Positions 46,566-56,466 of a stretch of 56,466 nt of DNA are shown here, piece by piece. The stretch is taken from NCBI GenBank assembly GCA_964385385.1, contig CAYLPA010000001.1, positions 1 through 56,466 of the forward strand. Reading direction: 5' to 3'. Origin of the DNA: an uncultured Saprospiraceae bacterium. Its GTDB lineage: Bacteria; Bacteroidota; Bacteroidia; Bacteroidales; CAYLPA01. The number at the start of each line of letters is the position of its first letter. Within the stretch, counting starts at the first letter, position 1. A program made the position numbers and the translations under genes. The notes beneath the pieces were generated by a model that worked only from the letters and a program-made list of their open reading frames with translations, searched no databases and had not been told where the DNA came from.

Positions 46566-48774
46566 CTTTCAAATTATTTTTAGCTAACTGATTTTCTGGA
46601 TTAATTTTCATTGCTTTTTCACATGCTTTTTTTGCTAATTTGTATTTGCCAAGTGCATTATAAGCTGAGCACATATTATTATAAGCAATAAAATTATCCG
46701 GTTCAATTTCAATAATCTTTTTTGTAATTTCTATACTTTTATAATAATCTCCCTGCATATAATAATCATAGCTTAAAGTTAAATATTCCTGAACACCAAG
46801 ATTAATTTTTTTAAAAGATTTTATTCCATCCTGAGCAACATTAAGATTATTTTTGGCAAGTTCAAATTCAGGGTAATATTTTAAAGCATTATTACAAGCT
46901 TTTTCAGCATCTTCAAACATTTGCATGCTGTTATAAGCTGAACAAATATTATTATAGGCAATTGCATTTTTTGAATCAATCTTCAGGGCTTCTCTACAAG
47001 CAACAATACATTTATTAAAATCATTCATTCCATAATAAAATAAACTTAGTTCAATAAAATTATCTGAAGTAGGATAAAGCTTTACTTTTTCTTCAAGACT
47101 TAACAAATTAGTTTCGAATTGATTTTTCACAATAGCACATAAAGGAGTATTTCCGGCTTTTATTTCGTGGACAGTTTCTTTTGGGGGCCAGTTCCATAAT
47201 AAATCTTGATTAAATTTTGCCGCCGCCGGGAAAACAATTTCATAATCCCAATTGTCTGAACTATTGCCATAGGCATATTCCAATTTTGGATATTTCTCAG
47301 TATAATAAGATGTTTTCAATCTTTCACCATAAAACATTTTCACACGAATAGGATTGTTTTCTGATTCAGCTTCAATATTTTCGTTTATCCACTCAACTGC
47401 AGCTTTGTTTGAAACTCCCCAGTAATCCATTTCATATTTTTTGAATGCTCCATCAATTCCACCAACAACAGGACTGAAATACATTGATTGAAAAGGGTGA
47501 TTCTTTATCATCCATTTCAATGGTTGAAACAAAAATATTATTAGAATTGCTGTAGTAGCATAATAGAACATCGTTGGTTTTACAAGTTTTATTAAGAACT
47601 TCCATGCAAATGCACAGCAAACAATCAAAGGTGGGAAAACAAATAATAAATGCCTGATTCCGTTATAAATATTTGAATCCTTTATGATTATATAAAATAC
47701 TGGAAAAACAAAAGTAAATATTAGAAATGATAATAATTTCAATTCAACACTTTTTACCTTTAATTTTTTCTGGAAAAATAAAAGAACAATCAAAAATAGT
47801 CCTGTAAATACAAACAATGGAATAGTAATTAAAATCCATTTTATAGTATAATGCCAGGGTATTTCCCATGCATTAATCCATTTTCCACTATACAATTCAT
47901 AAGAATTAAAAATATTAAAATTCGAAACTTTCTGTAAAACTAAAATCGGGGCAAAAATATTTGTTCTCATAAATGGCCAAAATATTGCCGTTGCAAAATA
48001 TGATGCTAAACCAATTAATATAACAACTCCGGCAATCTTAAAACCAGAGTTAATTTTTTCTTTTTCAAATTTATTTTTATAAGCATCAATAAACCAATAA
48101 ATGAAAGTAAACAAAAATAAATACGCAATTAATAGCAAACCTGAAACCCTTATTGCAATAGATATTGAAATGCTTAGAATAACAAAAATTATGTTTGCAA
48201 TTTTGAATTTTGGAAGGTTTTTCAGAAAGACGAAAATGCTGTAGATTGAAATAATATAAAAAGCAGCAAAAGGAATATCTTTAGAATTATTGAAAGAATG
48301 TCCGAATAAGCGGGGAGTTAAAACAGCAAATACTAAAGCTAACAATCCTGTTTTCCAGCCGTCCATATTCTTTGCTAAAAGCCCAACAAATAAAATAATT
48401 AAAAATCCAAAAATAGAATTTATCAAATGGCGAAGTTCATATTCTCCAACACTTGGGAATATTTGATTTCCAAGAGCAACAACGAAATCAAAAAATCCAC
48501 CAAAGAAATTCATTCCTTGAATTTTATCATCAACTACCGGAGAAAAAGTTTTTATTAAACCCCCATCATTATCAATCGGACTCATTGAAGCAATTGAATC
48601 TTTTCCCTGAAAATATTTTAGGATTAATTTCCCATGAACATCATGCATGGGCTCATCATTAGATATTCCATAATCAAAACTTATGCTTGTCATTATAATA
48701 AAAATAACAATACTTAAAATTATAAACATCCATTTATAAGAAGTAGAGTTTAACTTAAATTGAAATTTTACCAT
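46534..48774 (-). CDS. Polytopic GT-C-type (GT39/ArnT/PMT-like) membrane glycosyltransferase-like protein with C-terminal TPR repeats
   Basis: About 12 TM segments with an early DEPMH loop. C-terminal TPRs carry AYNN(I/M)CSAYN twice, paralogous to 30997..33336. Confidence 0.7.
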   Translation of the reverse strand: MVKFQFKLNSTSYKWMFIILSIVIFIIMTSISFDYGISNDEPMHDVHGKLILKYFQGKDSIASMSPIDNDGGLIKTFSPVVDDKIQGMNFFGGFFDFVVALGNQIFPSVGEYELRHLINSIFGFLIILFVGLLAKNMDGWKTGLLALVFAVLTPRLFGHSFNNSKDIPFAAFYIISIYSIFVFLKNLPKFKIANIIFVILSISISIAIRVSGLLLIAYLFLFTFIYWFIDAYKNKFEKEKINSGFKIAGVVILIGLASYFATAIFWPFMRTNIFAPILVLQKVSNFNIFNSYELYSGKWINAWEIPWHYTIKWILITIPLFVFTGLFLIVLLFFQKKLKVKSVELKLLSFLIFTFVFPVFYIIIKDSNIYNGIRHLLFVFPPLIVCCAFAWKFLIKLVKPTMFYYATTAILIIFLFQPLKWMIKNHPFQSMYFSPVVGGIDGAFKKYEMDYWGVSNKAAVEWINENIEAESENNPIRVKMFYGERLKTSYYTEKYPKLEYAYGNSSDNWDYEIVFPAAAKFNQDLLWNWPPKETVHEIKAGNTPLCAIVKNQFETNLLSLEEKVKLYPTSDNFIELSLFYYGMNDFNKCIVACREALKIDSKNAIAYNNICSAYNSMQMFEDAEKACNNALKYYPEFELAKNNLNVAQDGIKSFKKINLGVQEYLTLSYDYYMQGDYYKSIEITKKIIEIEPDNFIAYNNMCSAYNALGKYKLAKKACEKAMKINPENQLAKNNLKVANDGLTKTK

Positions 48775-49108
48775 AACAGATTACTATAATTTTATCAATA
48801 TGTTTTATTTCTTGATTTGATTTCAAAATAACTTAATAAATTATTCAAAAAAACACTTCACAAATATAAGCAAAATATGCAATTATTATAATTCAAAAAT
48901 AATGTTATAGGATATAAAAATAAATAATTTAAAATCAAACTAATAATTCATTGAAATAAAATTTTTTTATACTTTTGCGTGCGTTTTTAAAAAAATAGAT
49001 TTTTTTTTGACTAAATTTTGTTAAAAAAAAATTTTAATTTTTTATTCTATATTAAAAAAAATTAATATATTTATAAAACGAAATGCAAAAAAGTGTAAGA
49101 TAAGGAAA

Positions 49109-51319
49109 ATGGAAATTAAGGATAATTATTCTCTTAAGGAATTATTGAAGAAAATATTCGGATTTGACAGTTTCAAAGGAAATCAAGAGGCGATTATAGA
49201 AAATGTTCTTGCAGGCAAAGATTCTTTCGTTATCATGCCAACAGGAGGTGGAAAATCCATGTGCTATCAACTTCCGGCTTTAATCAGTGAAGGAACAGCT
49301 ATAATTGTGTCCCCTCTTATTGCTTTAATGAAAAATCAAGTTGATGCAATTCGTAATTTCGGTGCAGAAAGAGGAATTGCTCATGTTATGAATTCATCAT
49401 TATCTAAACAAGAATTAGCAATAGTAAAAGAAGACTTAATTAACGGTAAAACCAAACTATTATATGTTGCCCCGGAATCGCTAACAAAAGAAGAAACTGT
49501 TGATTTCTTAAAAAACAGCATAAACATTTCATTATTTGCAATTGATGAAGCACATTGTATTTCAGAATGGGGACATGATTTCAGACCAGAATATCGCAGA
49601 TTAAGACCAATCATTGAATCTATTGGAAAAAAAGTGCCGATAATAGCTCTTACAGCAACAGCAACCCCAAAAGTTCAGCAGGATATTCAGAAAAATTTGA
49701 ATATGGTTGATGCAGTTGCTTTCAAATCGTCATTCAACAGACCAAATCTTTATTATGAGGTAAGGCCAAAGACAAAAAATGTTATTAAAGATATTATAAG
49801 GTATATTAAAACTCAACCCGGAAAATCAGGTATTGTATATTGTTTAAGTAGAAAAAAAGTTGAAGAATTAGCAGAAACTCTTCAGGTTAACGGAATAAAA
49901 GCTCTTCCTTATCATGCAGGTTTAGATACTGCAACACGACGAAACAATCAAGACCAGTTTCTCATGGAAGAAGTTGATGTTATTGTTGCAACAATTGCCT
50001 TTGGTATGGGAATTGACAAACCTGATGTTCGCTTTGTTATTCACCATGATATTCCAAAAAGTCTTGAAGGTTATTATCAGGAGACCGGTAGAGCCGGACG
50101 CGACGACGGTGAAGGAGTTTGTTTGGTTTTTTACAATTATGATGATATTCAGAAGCTGGAAAAATTTATGAAAGACAAACCTGTTGCCGAACAAGAAATT
50201 GCAAAACAACTTCTGTTAGAAACCGTTTCTTATGCTGAATCTGCAATCTGCAGAAGGAAACAATTACTGCACTATTTTGGCGAAGTATATTTAAATGATA
50301 ATTGCAATTGTTGCGACAACTGTTTGCATCCAAAAACAAAATTCGAAGGAAAAGACTATATTAAATCTGTTATTGAAGCAGTTATTGAAGTTAAACAATT
50401 GTTTAAAGCAAAACATATTTGCAACATTCTTGCAGGAAAAAATAATGCAACAATAAAATCATTCAAACATAACAAACTAAAATCCTTTGGGAAAGGTGCT
50501 GATAAAGATGAGAAATTCTGGAATGCTGTTGTTCGTCAAACTTTAATTAACAGACTTATAGTTAAAGATATTGAAAACTATGGATTACTGAAAGTTACTG
50601 ATGCCGGCAAAGAATTCCTGACAAAATCTTACTCAATCATGCTCGCCAAAGACCATGATTATGAAAATCCTGATGATGAAGACGATTTCTTTACTTCGGC
50701 AACCGGACAAAAAACAAGCACTACTGATTTTACGCTTTTCTCTATGCTTAAAGATATTAGAAAAGATATTTCAAAAAAAGAAAAACTGCCCCCTTTCGTA
50801 ATATTCCAGGACCCTTCATTAGAAGACATGGCTATTCAATACCCTTTGACTATTGACGAACTCAAACAAATTACAGGAGTTGGTACAGGCAAAGCATTGA
50901 AATATGGGAAACCATTTATTGAATTTATAAAATCCTATGTTGAAGAAAATGACATTATGCGTCCAATGGACATAGTCGTTAAGTCAGTAATAAACAAATC
51001 CGAACTAAAAGTTCATATCATCAAAGGCATCGACAGAAAATTATCTCTTAAAGATATTGCCAGAGCAAAAAATCTTACACCTGACGAAATTTTAACAGAA
51101 ATTGAACATATCGTCGCTTCGGGAACAAAATTAGATATTGGCTATTATATTGAAGAAACCGTTGATATATTTCATCAGGAAGAAATTTATGAATATTTCA
51201 AAGAAGAAGCCGAATCAGATTCACTTCAGGAAGCTTTAGAAGAGTTAGGTGAAGACGAATACGCTGAAAATGAAATAAGATTGGTAAGAATTAAGTTTAT
51301 TTCTGATGTAGGTAATTAA
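49109..51319 (+). CDS. recQ: ATP-dependent DNA helicase RecQ
   Basis: FGFDSF.G.QE.II......[31 protein letters not shown], zinc-binding CCDNC, C-terminal HRDC-like region, 736 aa. Confidence 0.95.
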   Translation: MEIKDNYSLKELLKKIFGFDSFKGNQEAIIENVLAGKDSFVIMPTGGGKSMCYQLPALISEGTAIIVSPLIALMKNQVDAIRNFGAERGIAHVMNSSLSKQELAIVKEDLINGKTKLLYVAPESLTKEETVDFLKNSINISLFAIDEAHCISEWGHDFRPEYRRLRPIIESIGKKVPIIALTATATPKVQQDIQKNLNMVDAVAFKSSFNRPNLYYEVRPKTKNVIKDIIRYIKTQPGKSGIVYCLSRKKVEELAETLQVNGIKALPYHAGLDTATRRNNQDQFLMEEVDVIVATIAFGMGIDKPDVRFVIHHDIPKSLEGYYQETGRAGRDDGEGVCLVFYNYDDIQKLEKFMKDKPVAEQEIAKQLLLETVSYAESAICRRKQLLHYFGEVYLNDNCNCCDNCLHPKTKFEGKDYIKSVIEAVIEVKQLFKAKHICNILAGKNNATIKSFKHNKLKSFGKGADKDEKFWNAVVRQTLINRLIVKDIENYGLLKVTDAGKEFLTKSYSIMLAKDHDYENPDDEDDFFTSATGQKTSTTDFTLFSMLKDIRKDISKKEKLPPFVIFQDPSLEDMAIQYPLTIDELKQITGVGTGKALKYGKPFIEFIKSYVEENDIMRPMDIVVKSVINKSELKVHIIKGIDRKLSLKDIARAKNLTPDEILTEIEHIVASGTKLDIGYYIEETVDIFHQEEIYEYFKEEAESDSLQEALEELGEDEYAENEIRLVRIKFISDVGN

Positions 51320-51405
51320 TTAGAAGCAATCAATAAAACCTAATAGTTTATATCTCAATAAAAAAACGCAAATAATAATCACCAAATTTTAAAATAATAA
51401 AAGAC

Positions 51406-52092
51406 ATGAATGAAGAAATCAATGACGAAAATCAAATTAAAGAAGATTTTTATTCACAACCAACAATAATTGACCAAAGAAATTCCAAGAAAATATTTTT
51501 CCCAATTTTAAATATAATCATTCTGATTGGGTTAATTATTCTTTATGTTTTATTTTTCACAAAAAACAAAACTAACAAAGAAGAAACAATCATTACTAAT
51601 CAAAATCCAAATTCATTATCTATCGCTTTTATAAATTCTGATACTCTTTGGGAAAACTATGAATTTGTTAATGTTATTAAAGAAAAACTAAAAAATACAG
51701 AAACAACGATGCAATCCCAGTATGATGCTCAGGTTTATTCTTTAAAAAAAGATTACGATGAATATGTGAAAAAAGGAACTGCCGGTTTATTATCTTTAAA
51801 CCAGCAGAAACAAACTGAAGAACAACTTTCAAAACGACAAAAAAGATTGGTAGAATTAGATGAAAAACTATCAACTCAACTGATTGAGGAAAAACAAAAA
51901 CTAAATACTATGCTTCAGGACTCTATAATTAATTATATAAAAAGATATAACAAGAAAACAAACTATACTTACATTTTAGAGTATTCAAAAATAAGTGGAG
52001 TTCTGTTTGCTAATGACTCCTTCAACATTACTGAAGATATACTTAACGGACTCAATGAAGAATACAAAGAAGTCAAAGCAAAAAATGAATAA
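51406..52092 (+). CDS. OmpH/Skp-like periplasmic chaperone
   Basis: N-terminal TM or signal anchor followed by a long coiled-coil (Q/K/E-rich) region with an OmpH-like layout, 228 aa. Confidence 0.55.
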   Translation: MNEEINDENQIKEDFYSQPTIIDQRNSKKIFFPILNIIILIGLIILYVLFFTKNKTNKEETIITNQNPNSLSIAFINSDTLWENYEFVNVIKEKLKNTETTMQSQYDAQVYSLKKDYDEYVKKGTAGLLSLNQQKQTEEQLSKRQKRLVELDEKLSTQLIEEKQKLNTMLQDSIINYIKRYNKKTNYTYILEYSKISGVLFANDSFNITEDILNGLNEEYKEVKAKNE

Positions 52093-52105
52093 ACAAATTT
52101 GTAAA

Positions 52106-52531
52106 ATGAAAAAATCTATAATTTCCTTTTTTTTAATAGTATTTATTGTTGCTTGTTCAAGCCCTTTAATTGAAGTTGTTGAAGAAACATATCCCGATGG
52201 AAATCCAAAAGTTATAAAATTTTATTCCGAAGAAACAGGCACTCGTGAATTAGTCAAAGAAATAGTATATTACGAGAACAAGCAAAAACAATCTGAAGGA
52301 GAATTTAAGAATAATAAAATGTCCGGCAAGTGGACTTACTGGTATGATAACGGAAACAAATGGGCAGAAGGATATTACATTAATCAAATTGAACACGGTT
52401 TAAAAACCATCTGGCATAGAAACGGGCAAAAGTATTACGAAGGAAAATTTGAAAATGGAAAAAGAATTGGAGTTTGGAACTTTTGGGACGAAACCGGAAA
52501 ATTGGTTAAAAGTGTTGATTATGATTCTTGA
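52106..52531 (+). CDS. MORN-variant repeat lipoprotein (YwqK-like)
   Basis: Start taken at the ATG at 52106 (MKKSIISFFLIVFIVACSS lipobox). Repeats G.W..W..NG.K..EG.Y. Confidence 0.7.
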   Translation: MKKSIISFFLIVFIVACSSPLIEVVEETYPDGNPKVIKFYSEETGTRELVKEIVYYENKQKQSEGEFKNNKMSGKWTYWYDNGNKWAEGYYINQIEHGLKTIWHRNGQKYYEGKFENGKRIGVWNFWDETGKLVKSVDYDS

Positions 52532-52586
52532 CTTTAAATTTTGTTTTTTTTCGAGTAAACATATTAAAGATATATCACCATTGACA

Positions 52587-52967
52587 TTAAGAATAATCTT
52601 TTAATTTGTCAATATTTCTTCTCTCTCTTTTTGTAGGACGTCCTATACCTCTGATGCGGTATTCAAAATTCTTGCTTTTTATTGTTTTCAGCTTTTCGTA
52701 TTCTTCTTCAGGTGTAAGGTCTTTCATATAATTTTCAACAAATTTTGCTCCCACTCTATTATTTAATAAAGAAATAACTTTTACAGTTCGGATTATATGG
52801 TCTTTATTAATTGTAATAGTTTCATTGATTTTTATTTCTCTCGAGGGTTTAATAGTTTTGTCGTTAATTTTTACTTTCCCAGCTCTGCAAGCATCAGTAG
52901 CCTGAGAACGTGTTTTAAAAATTCTTACAGCCCAAAGCCATTTATCAATTCGAAAAGTGCTTTTCAC
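52587..52967 (-). CDS. S4-domain RNA-binding protein (Hsp15-like)
   Basis: RIDKWLWAVRIFKTRSQA..AC..GKVKIN, 126 aa. Confidence 0.8.
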   Translation of the reverse strand: MKSTFRIDKWLWAVRIFKTRSQATDACRAGKVKINDKTIKPSREIKINETITINKDHIIRTVKVISLLNNRVGAKFVENYMKDLTPEEEYEKLKTIKSKNFEYRIRGIGRPTKRERRNIDKLKDYS

Positions 52968-52972
52968 AACAA

Positions 52973-54277
52973 TTATTTTTTTCTGAAATAAATTTCTATA
53001 GGTACTCCGTGAAAATCAAAATTCTCACGAATTTTATTCTCAATAAATCGTTTATAAGGATCTTTGATATACTGAGGAAAATTACAAAAAAAGGCAAAAG
53101 CAGGAAAATGTGTTGGTAATTGAGTAATATATTTTATCATTATTTTTTTTCCTTTTATTGCAGGAGGTGGTATTTTTTTTATGTATGGTAACATTGTTTC
53201 GTTTAGCTTAGAAGTTGCAATTCTTGTGTTCCTTGATTTATATATTGTCTGAGCAAACTCAAGTATTTTAAAAATTCTCTGCTTTGTTAAAACCGAAGCA
53301 AAAACTATAGGAACATCAGAAAAAGGAGCAATTTTATCTCTGATATTTTCTTCAAGAATTTTAGTTGTATTTGTTTCTTTTTCGATTAAATCCCATTTAT
53401 TGACAACAATGACAGCTCCTTTATGATTTTTTTCAATTAAATGAAATATAGCAAGGTCTTGAGATTCAAAACCGTTTTCAGCATCAATCATAAGAATACA
53501 AATATCACTGTTTTCGATTGCTCTCACTGAACGTAAAACAGAATAAAATTCAATATTTTCGTGAACCTTTACTTTTTTTCTTAAACCCGCAGTATCGATA
53601 AATAAAAATTCAAAACCGAAATTATTATATTTTGTATATAAGGAATCACGAGTTGTGCCGGGTATTGGAGTTACAATATGCCGCTCAATACCCATCAAAA
53701 CATTTATCAATGAAGATTTTCCTACATTAGGTCTGCCTACTACAGCGATTTTTGGTAAGTCGGGAACTTCTTCATGCAAAACTTTGTCAAATTCTTTTAC
53801 GACAATATCAAACAAATCACCAGTACCGCTTCCTGTTATTGAAGAAATACAATACACTTGACCGAGTCCAAGTTGAAAAAATTCGGCAGAATTACTAATA
53901 AGTTCATTAGTATCAACTTTATTTGCAACAAGAAATATTTTTTTATCAGATTTTCTAAGAATATTCGCAACATCTTTGTCCATATCGGTTAAGCCGTCTT
54001 TAACATCAACCATAAAAACAATCAAATCAGCTTCATCAATTGCAAGAACTGCCTGCTTTTTGATTTCATCTTCAAAAACATCATCGCTATCCTCGACATA
54101 ACCCCCAGTATCAATTATCGAAAATTCAACACCATTCCAATCAGTTTTACCGTAATGACGGTCACGAGTAACTCCGCTAGTTTCTTCAACAATAGCTTTC
54201 CTGCTTCCAACTAATCTGTTGAATAAAGTTGATTTTCCAACATTTGGTCTTCCTACGACGGCTAAAATATTTCCCAT
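52973..54277 (-). CDS. der: Ribosome-associated GTPase Der (EngA)
   Basis: Two tandem GTPase domains ([14 protein letters not shown] and [14 protein letters not shown]) plus a KH-like C-terminus, 434 aa. Confidence 0.95.
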   Translation of the reverse strand: MGNILAVVGRPNVGKSTLFNRLVGSRKAIVEETSGVTRDRHYGKTDWNGVEFSIIDTGGYVEDSDDVFEDEIKKQAVLAIDEADLIVFMVDVKDGLTDMDKDVANILRKSDKKIFLVANKVDTNELISNSAEFFQLGLGQVYCISSITGSGTGDLFDIVVKEFDKVLHEEVPDLPKIAVVGRPNVGKSSLINVLMGIERHIVTPIPGTTRDSLYTKYNNFGFEFLFIDTAGLRKKVKVHENIEFYSVLRSVRAIENSDICILMIDAENGFESQDLAIFHLIEKNHKGAVIVVNKWDLIEKETNTTKILEENIRDKIAPFSDVPIVFASVLTKQRIFKILEFAQTIYKSRNTRIATSKLNETMLPYIKKIPPPAIKGKKIMIKYITQLPTHFPAFAFFCNFPQYIKDPYKRFIENKIRENFDFHGVPIEIYFRKK

Positions 54278-54298
54278 GATTTTATACTTTTTTTAGAT

Positions 54299-55177
54299 TT
54301 ATAACTCATAACCAAAACGTTTCAATTGGTTCTCGTTATTTCTCCAATCTTTATTTACTTTCACTGTAAGCTCAAGGTAAACATGATTATCAACAAACTC
54401 TTCAATGTCTTTTCTGGCATCGATTCCCAATTGTTTTATTGCTTTTCCTTTATGCCCTAATAGAATCATTTTCTGAGATTCTCTTGTAACAAAAATCGTT
54501 GTGTATATTCTGATTATATCTTTGCTTTCCTTATACTCATCGACAACTACTTCAACAGAATAGGGAATCTCCTTTTGATAATTCAAAAGCACTTTCTCTC
54601 GTACAATTTCTGAGATAAAAAATCTTGTTGACTTGTCGGTAAGTTCATCTTTAGGAAAATATGGCGGGTTTTCAGGGAGTGCTTCTAATATTCTATTGAA
54701 AACCATATCTACATTAAACTTCTTTAAAGCAGAAACCGGAAGAATTGCAGCTTTAGGAATTTTTGAATGCCAATATTCAACTTTTTCTTCCAATTCTTTT
54801 TGGTTAGAAAGGTCAATTTTATTTATTACTAGTATTTTAGGAATATTGGAATCGTTAAGAATTTTAATAAATTCATCGTTGATACTATCACCTTTTATTT
54901 CACTTACGAAAAGTATTATATCTGCATCTTTTAAAGAATTAGTTACAAATTTCATCATTGAAGCTTGCAATTTATAATTTGGCTCCATTATTCCGGGAGT
55001 GTCAGAATATACTATTTGAAAATCCTCACCATTGACAATTCCCATGATACGATGTCGTGTTGTTTGAGCTTTGGAAGTAATAATTGATATTTTTTCGCCA
55101 ACAAGTGCATTCATCAAAGTAGATTTCCCTACATTCGGACTTCCAATAATATTCACAAAACCAGCTTTATGAGTCAT
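54299..55177 (-). CDS. era: GTPase Era
   Basis: [13 protein letters not shown]...G.K..I.S...QTTR, DTPG, NK.D, and a C-terminal KH domain, 292 aa. Confidence 0.95.
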   Translation of the reverse strand: MTHKAGFVNIIGSPNVGKSTLMNALVGEKISIITSKAQTTRHRIMGIVNGEDFQIVYSDTPGIMEPNYKLQASMMKFVTNSLKDADIILFVSEIKGDSINDEFIKILNDSNIPKILVINKIDLSNQKELEEKVEYWHSKIPKAAILPVSALKKFNVDMVFNRILEALPENPPYFPKDELTDKSTRFFISEIVREKVLLNYQKEIPYSVEVVVDEYKESKDIIRIYTTIFVTRESQKMILLGHKGKAIKQLGIDARKDIEEFVDNHVYLELTVKVNKDWRNNENQLKRFGYEL

Positions 55178-55199
55178 AATTATTTAATTAATAAATATA

Positions 55200-55231
55200 T
55201 TTGCAAAATAAATAAACAAAATCTATCTTTG
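55200..55231 (+). promoter_or_regulatory. Candidate promoter of the tRNA gene (TTTG-N20-TATCTTTG)
   Basis: TTTG at 55200-55203 and TAnnTTTG at 55224-55231, about 60 nt upstream of the tRNA. Confidence 0.5.
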
Positions 55232-55290
55232 CACCGCAAAAATACATAGAATTAATCGTTCTTTAGAAATTATTAAAATTAAAAATATAT

Positions 55291-55364
<74 letters not shown>

Positions 55365-55368
55365 CAAA

Positions 55369-55387
55369 AAGCCGGTTTTTCCGGCTT
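55369..55387 (+). terminator. Hairpin immediately after the tRNA
   Basis: aagccgg-ttttt-ccggctt gives a 7-bp stem. No downstream T run, so it may be a processing or terminator element. Confidence 0.5.
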
Positions 55388-55421
55388 GGCGATTCATTAA
55401 CCAAAAGAAAGTTTAAGTTGT

Positions 55422-55452
55422 ATCTCGCAAGATAAATTTTGGCGAGATTTTT
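55422..55452 (+). terminator. Second terminator-like hairpin downstream of the tRNA
   Basis: atctcgc / gcgagat 7-bp stem with a 13-nt loop, followed by TTTTT. Confidence 0.5.
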
Positions 55453-55710
55453 CGATTAATATATACAATAAAGGAATTACTTCAAAATTTTCTAAAAATA
55501 TATTTCAGAAGTCAATACAAACTAAGCCATAATAAAAATTACATTATAATTCCATTTTTGTTTAAGAAACAAAATCAACAATTTAACAATTCAACAATAA
55601 ATCACAATCCTTTTCAATCAATTTGAGTTATTAACAATTGTTAATAACCCATGTTAATATTATGTTTATAATTGAACCTCAGATTTCTTGGATAAAGAGC
55701 AGTATTGAAT

Positions 55711-55718
55711 TATATTTG
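55711..55718 (+). promoter_or_regulatory. -7 box TATATTTG upstream of the candidate large ncRNA
   Basis: Exact TAnnTTTG match, with a TTG 20 nt upstream (55688-55690). Confidence 0.5.
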
Positions 55719-55724
55719 CAAGCA

Positions 55725-56360
55725 TCAAGTGAGAGATAAAAGGTAGCCTGGAAAAGCCAGGGTTTAGATAGAGAAGTTCCGAAAGGTGCAGCTTGATTTA
55801 AACAGATCTTTGAAATAATAAATTCGAAAGGATTTATTGCAGAAAAGGTGCTCGAAAGAGCAGGGGTTGAAAAAGTAAAATTCGTAAGAATAATGCTTGG
55901 GAAACCCGGGCCAGAAGCAAATATGTTCGCAAGAACTTATTAACCGAAGGTCAGCTTGAAAAGCACGGGAAAATGAAAGCTTAGCTCGAAAGAGTCAAAG
56001 TGGGAATGGAACCGATTCCGGAAGCAGAAACCCGCAAGGATTGAAGTTGATGGAAATGCTTCGAGCTCGAAATTCTAACATTATGCTTGCAAAAGGATGG
56101 TGATAAAGTTTCGGACTTGTCAAAGTTTAGCTTAAACGAAATATTTCTGCCATCATGTCGGCTTGCGAAAGCCGGGGAATAACAGGACGAAGCTTGCAAG
56201 AGTGGAAGCCAGCGAAGCCCGGAACTGAGAAAAGAGTATTAGCTATAAGTTATTCACAGAGTCAGCCATAATAACTGTAACTTGGCGCTTCTCAAAAGCT
56301 ACGGCTATTGAAAAGTGAATGGGAATGATTCCGAACAGGAATGATTCCCATTTTGTTTTT
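55725..56360 (+). ncRNA. Candidate large (about 630 nt) highly structured ncRNA, family unassigned
   Basis: No credible ORF. My hand counts of 60-nt lines give 43-58% G+C inside versus about 22% in the 5' flank. At least six GNRA-capped hairpins, all in plus-strand sense. Bounded by a promoter box and a strong terminator. Confidence 0.6.
56320..56360 (+). terminator. Strong intrinsic terminator ending the candidate ncRNA
   Basis: tgggaatgattcc-gaaca-ggaatgattccca gives a 13-bp stem with one mismatch, followed by ttttgttttt. Confidence 0.8.
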
Positions 56361-56466
56361 ATAGGAAATCATCCAACTTATTTGTACTTTTAAAAACTAA
56401 ACTGGATAAACAATAGGTAGTGTCCACATTAGTGTGTCTATTGCATGTAAAAAGTTTTCAATAAAT

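Noticed and set aside
51995-52105. Upstream extension of the MORN lipoprotein ORF (track start 51995)
   Set aside because: It overlaps the 3' end of the OmpH-like gene in another frame. The ATG at 52106 yields a proper lipoprotein signal.
55981-56199. 72-aa minus-strand ORF inside the structured-RNA locus
   Set aside because: It is antisense to a dense series of plus-sense GNRA hairpins. It has a Ser/Cys/Arg-rich composition, no start context, and is best explained as a chance ORF in G+C-rich RNA-coding DNA.
55725-56360. Assignment of the structured locus to RNase P RNA, tmRNA, SRP RNA or a group II intron
   Set aside because: It has no GGAAAGUCCGG-type P4 motif, no tRNA-like termini or tag-peptide ORF, only a partial chance match (CCGGAAGCAG) to the SRP domain IV motif, and no domain V-like or GUGYG boundary signatures. 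It is therefore left unassigned.

Overview
AT-rich Bacteroidota chromosomal segment. The phylum call rests on T9SS C-terminal sorting domains, gldA, and TTTG/TAnnTTTG-type promoter boxes. Housekeeping genes (ribE, metK, queA, pssA, lptB, recQ, der, era, initiator-like tRNA-Met) are interspersed with accessory islets. No transposase, integrase, CRISPR array or rRNA was seen. Two things stand out. (1) At 644-9083 there is a same-strand block: a HEPN-motif (RNEIGH) protein, a 1371-aa STAND P-loop NTPase with one TM helix, 14 near-identical WD40 repeats and a TPR tail, a translationally coupled C-terminal 2-TM protein, and a small partner. A DUF4143 ATPase gene lies inside the block, flanked by a duplicated STAND 5' end. 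I read this as a candidate undescribed NLR-like conflict system. (2) At about 55725-56360 there is a roughly 630-nt ORF-free locus, G+C-rich against its flanks and packed with GNRA-capped hairpins. It has a Bacteroidota-type promoter box and a strong intrinsic terminator, sits next to the tRNA, and is a candidate large ornate ncRNA that I cannot assign to RNase P or tmRNA. Other notable items: a low-GC three-gene module headed by a TIGR04255-like protein (16018-17922); a solitary KAP NTPase between metK and queA; a long structured metK leader; four phased 30-bp repeats in a 937-bp ORF-less gap; and a roughly 13-kb minus-strand glycan locus (36062-48774). That locus has a split transketolase, GT2s, a sulfotransferase-like gene, an FAD-oxidoreductase/SDR pair and a GT-C+TPR enzyme whose paralogue lies at 30997-33336. 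All functional calls come from motif recognition by eye, with no database search run.
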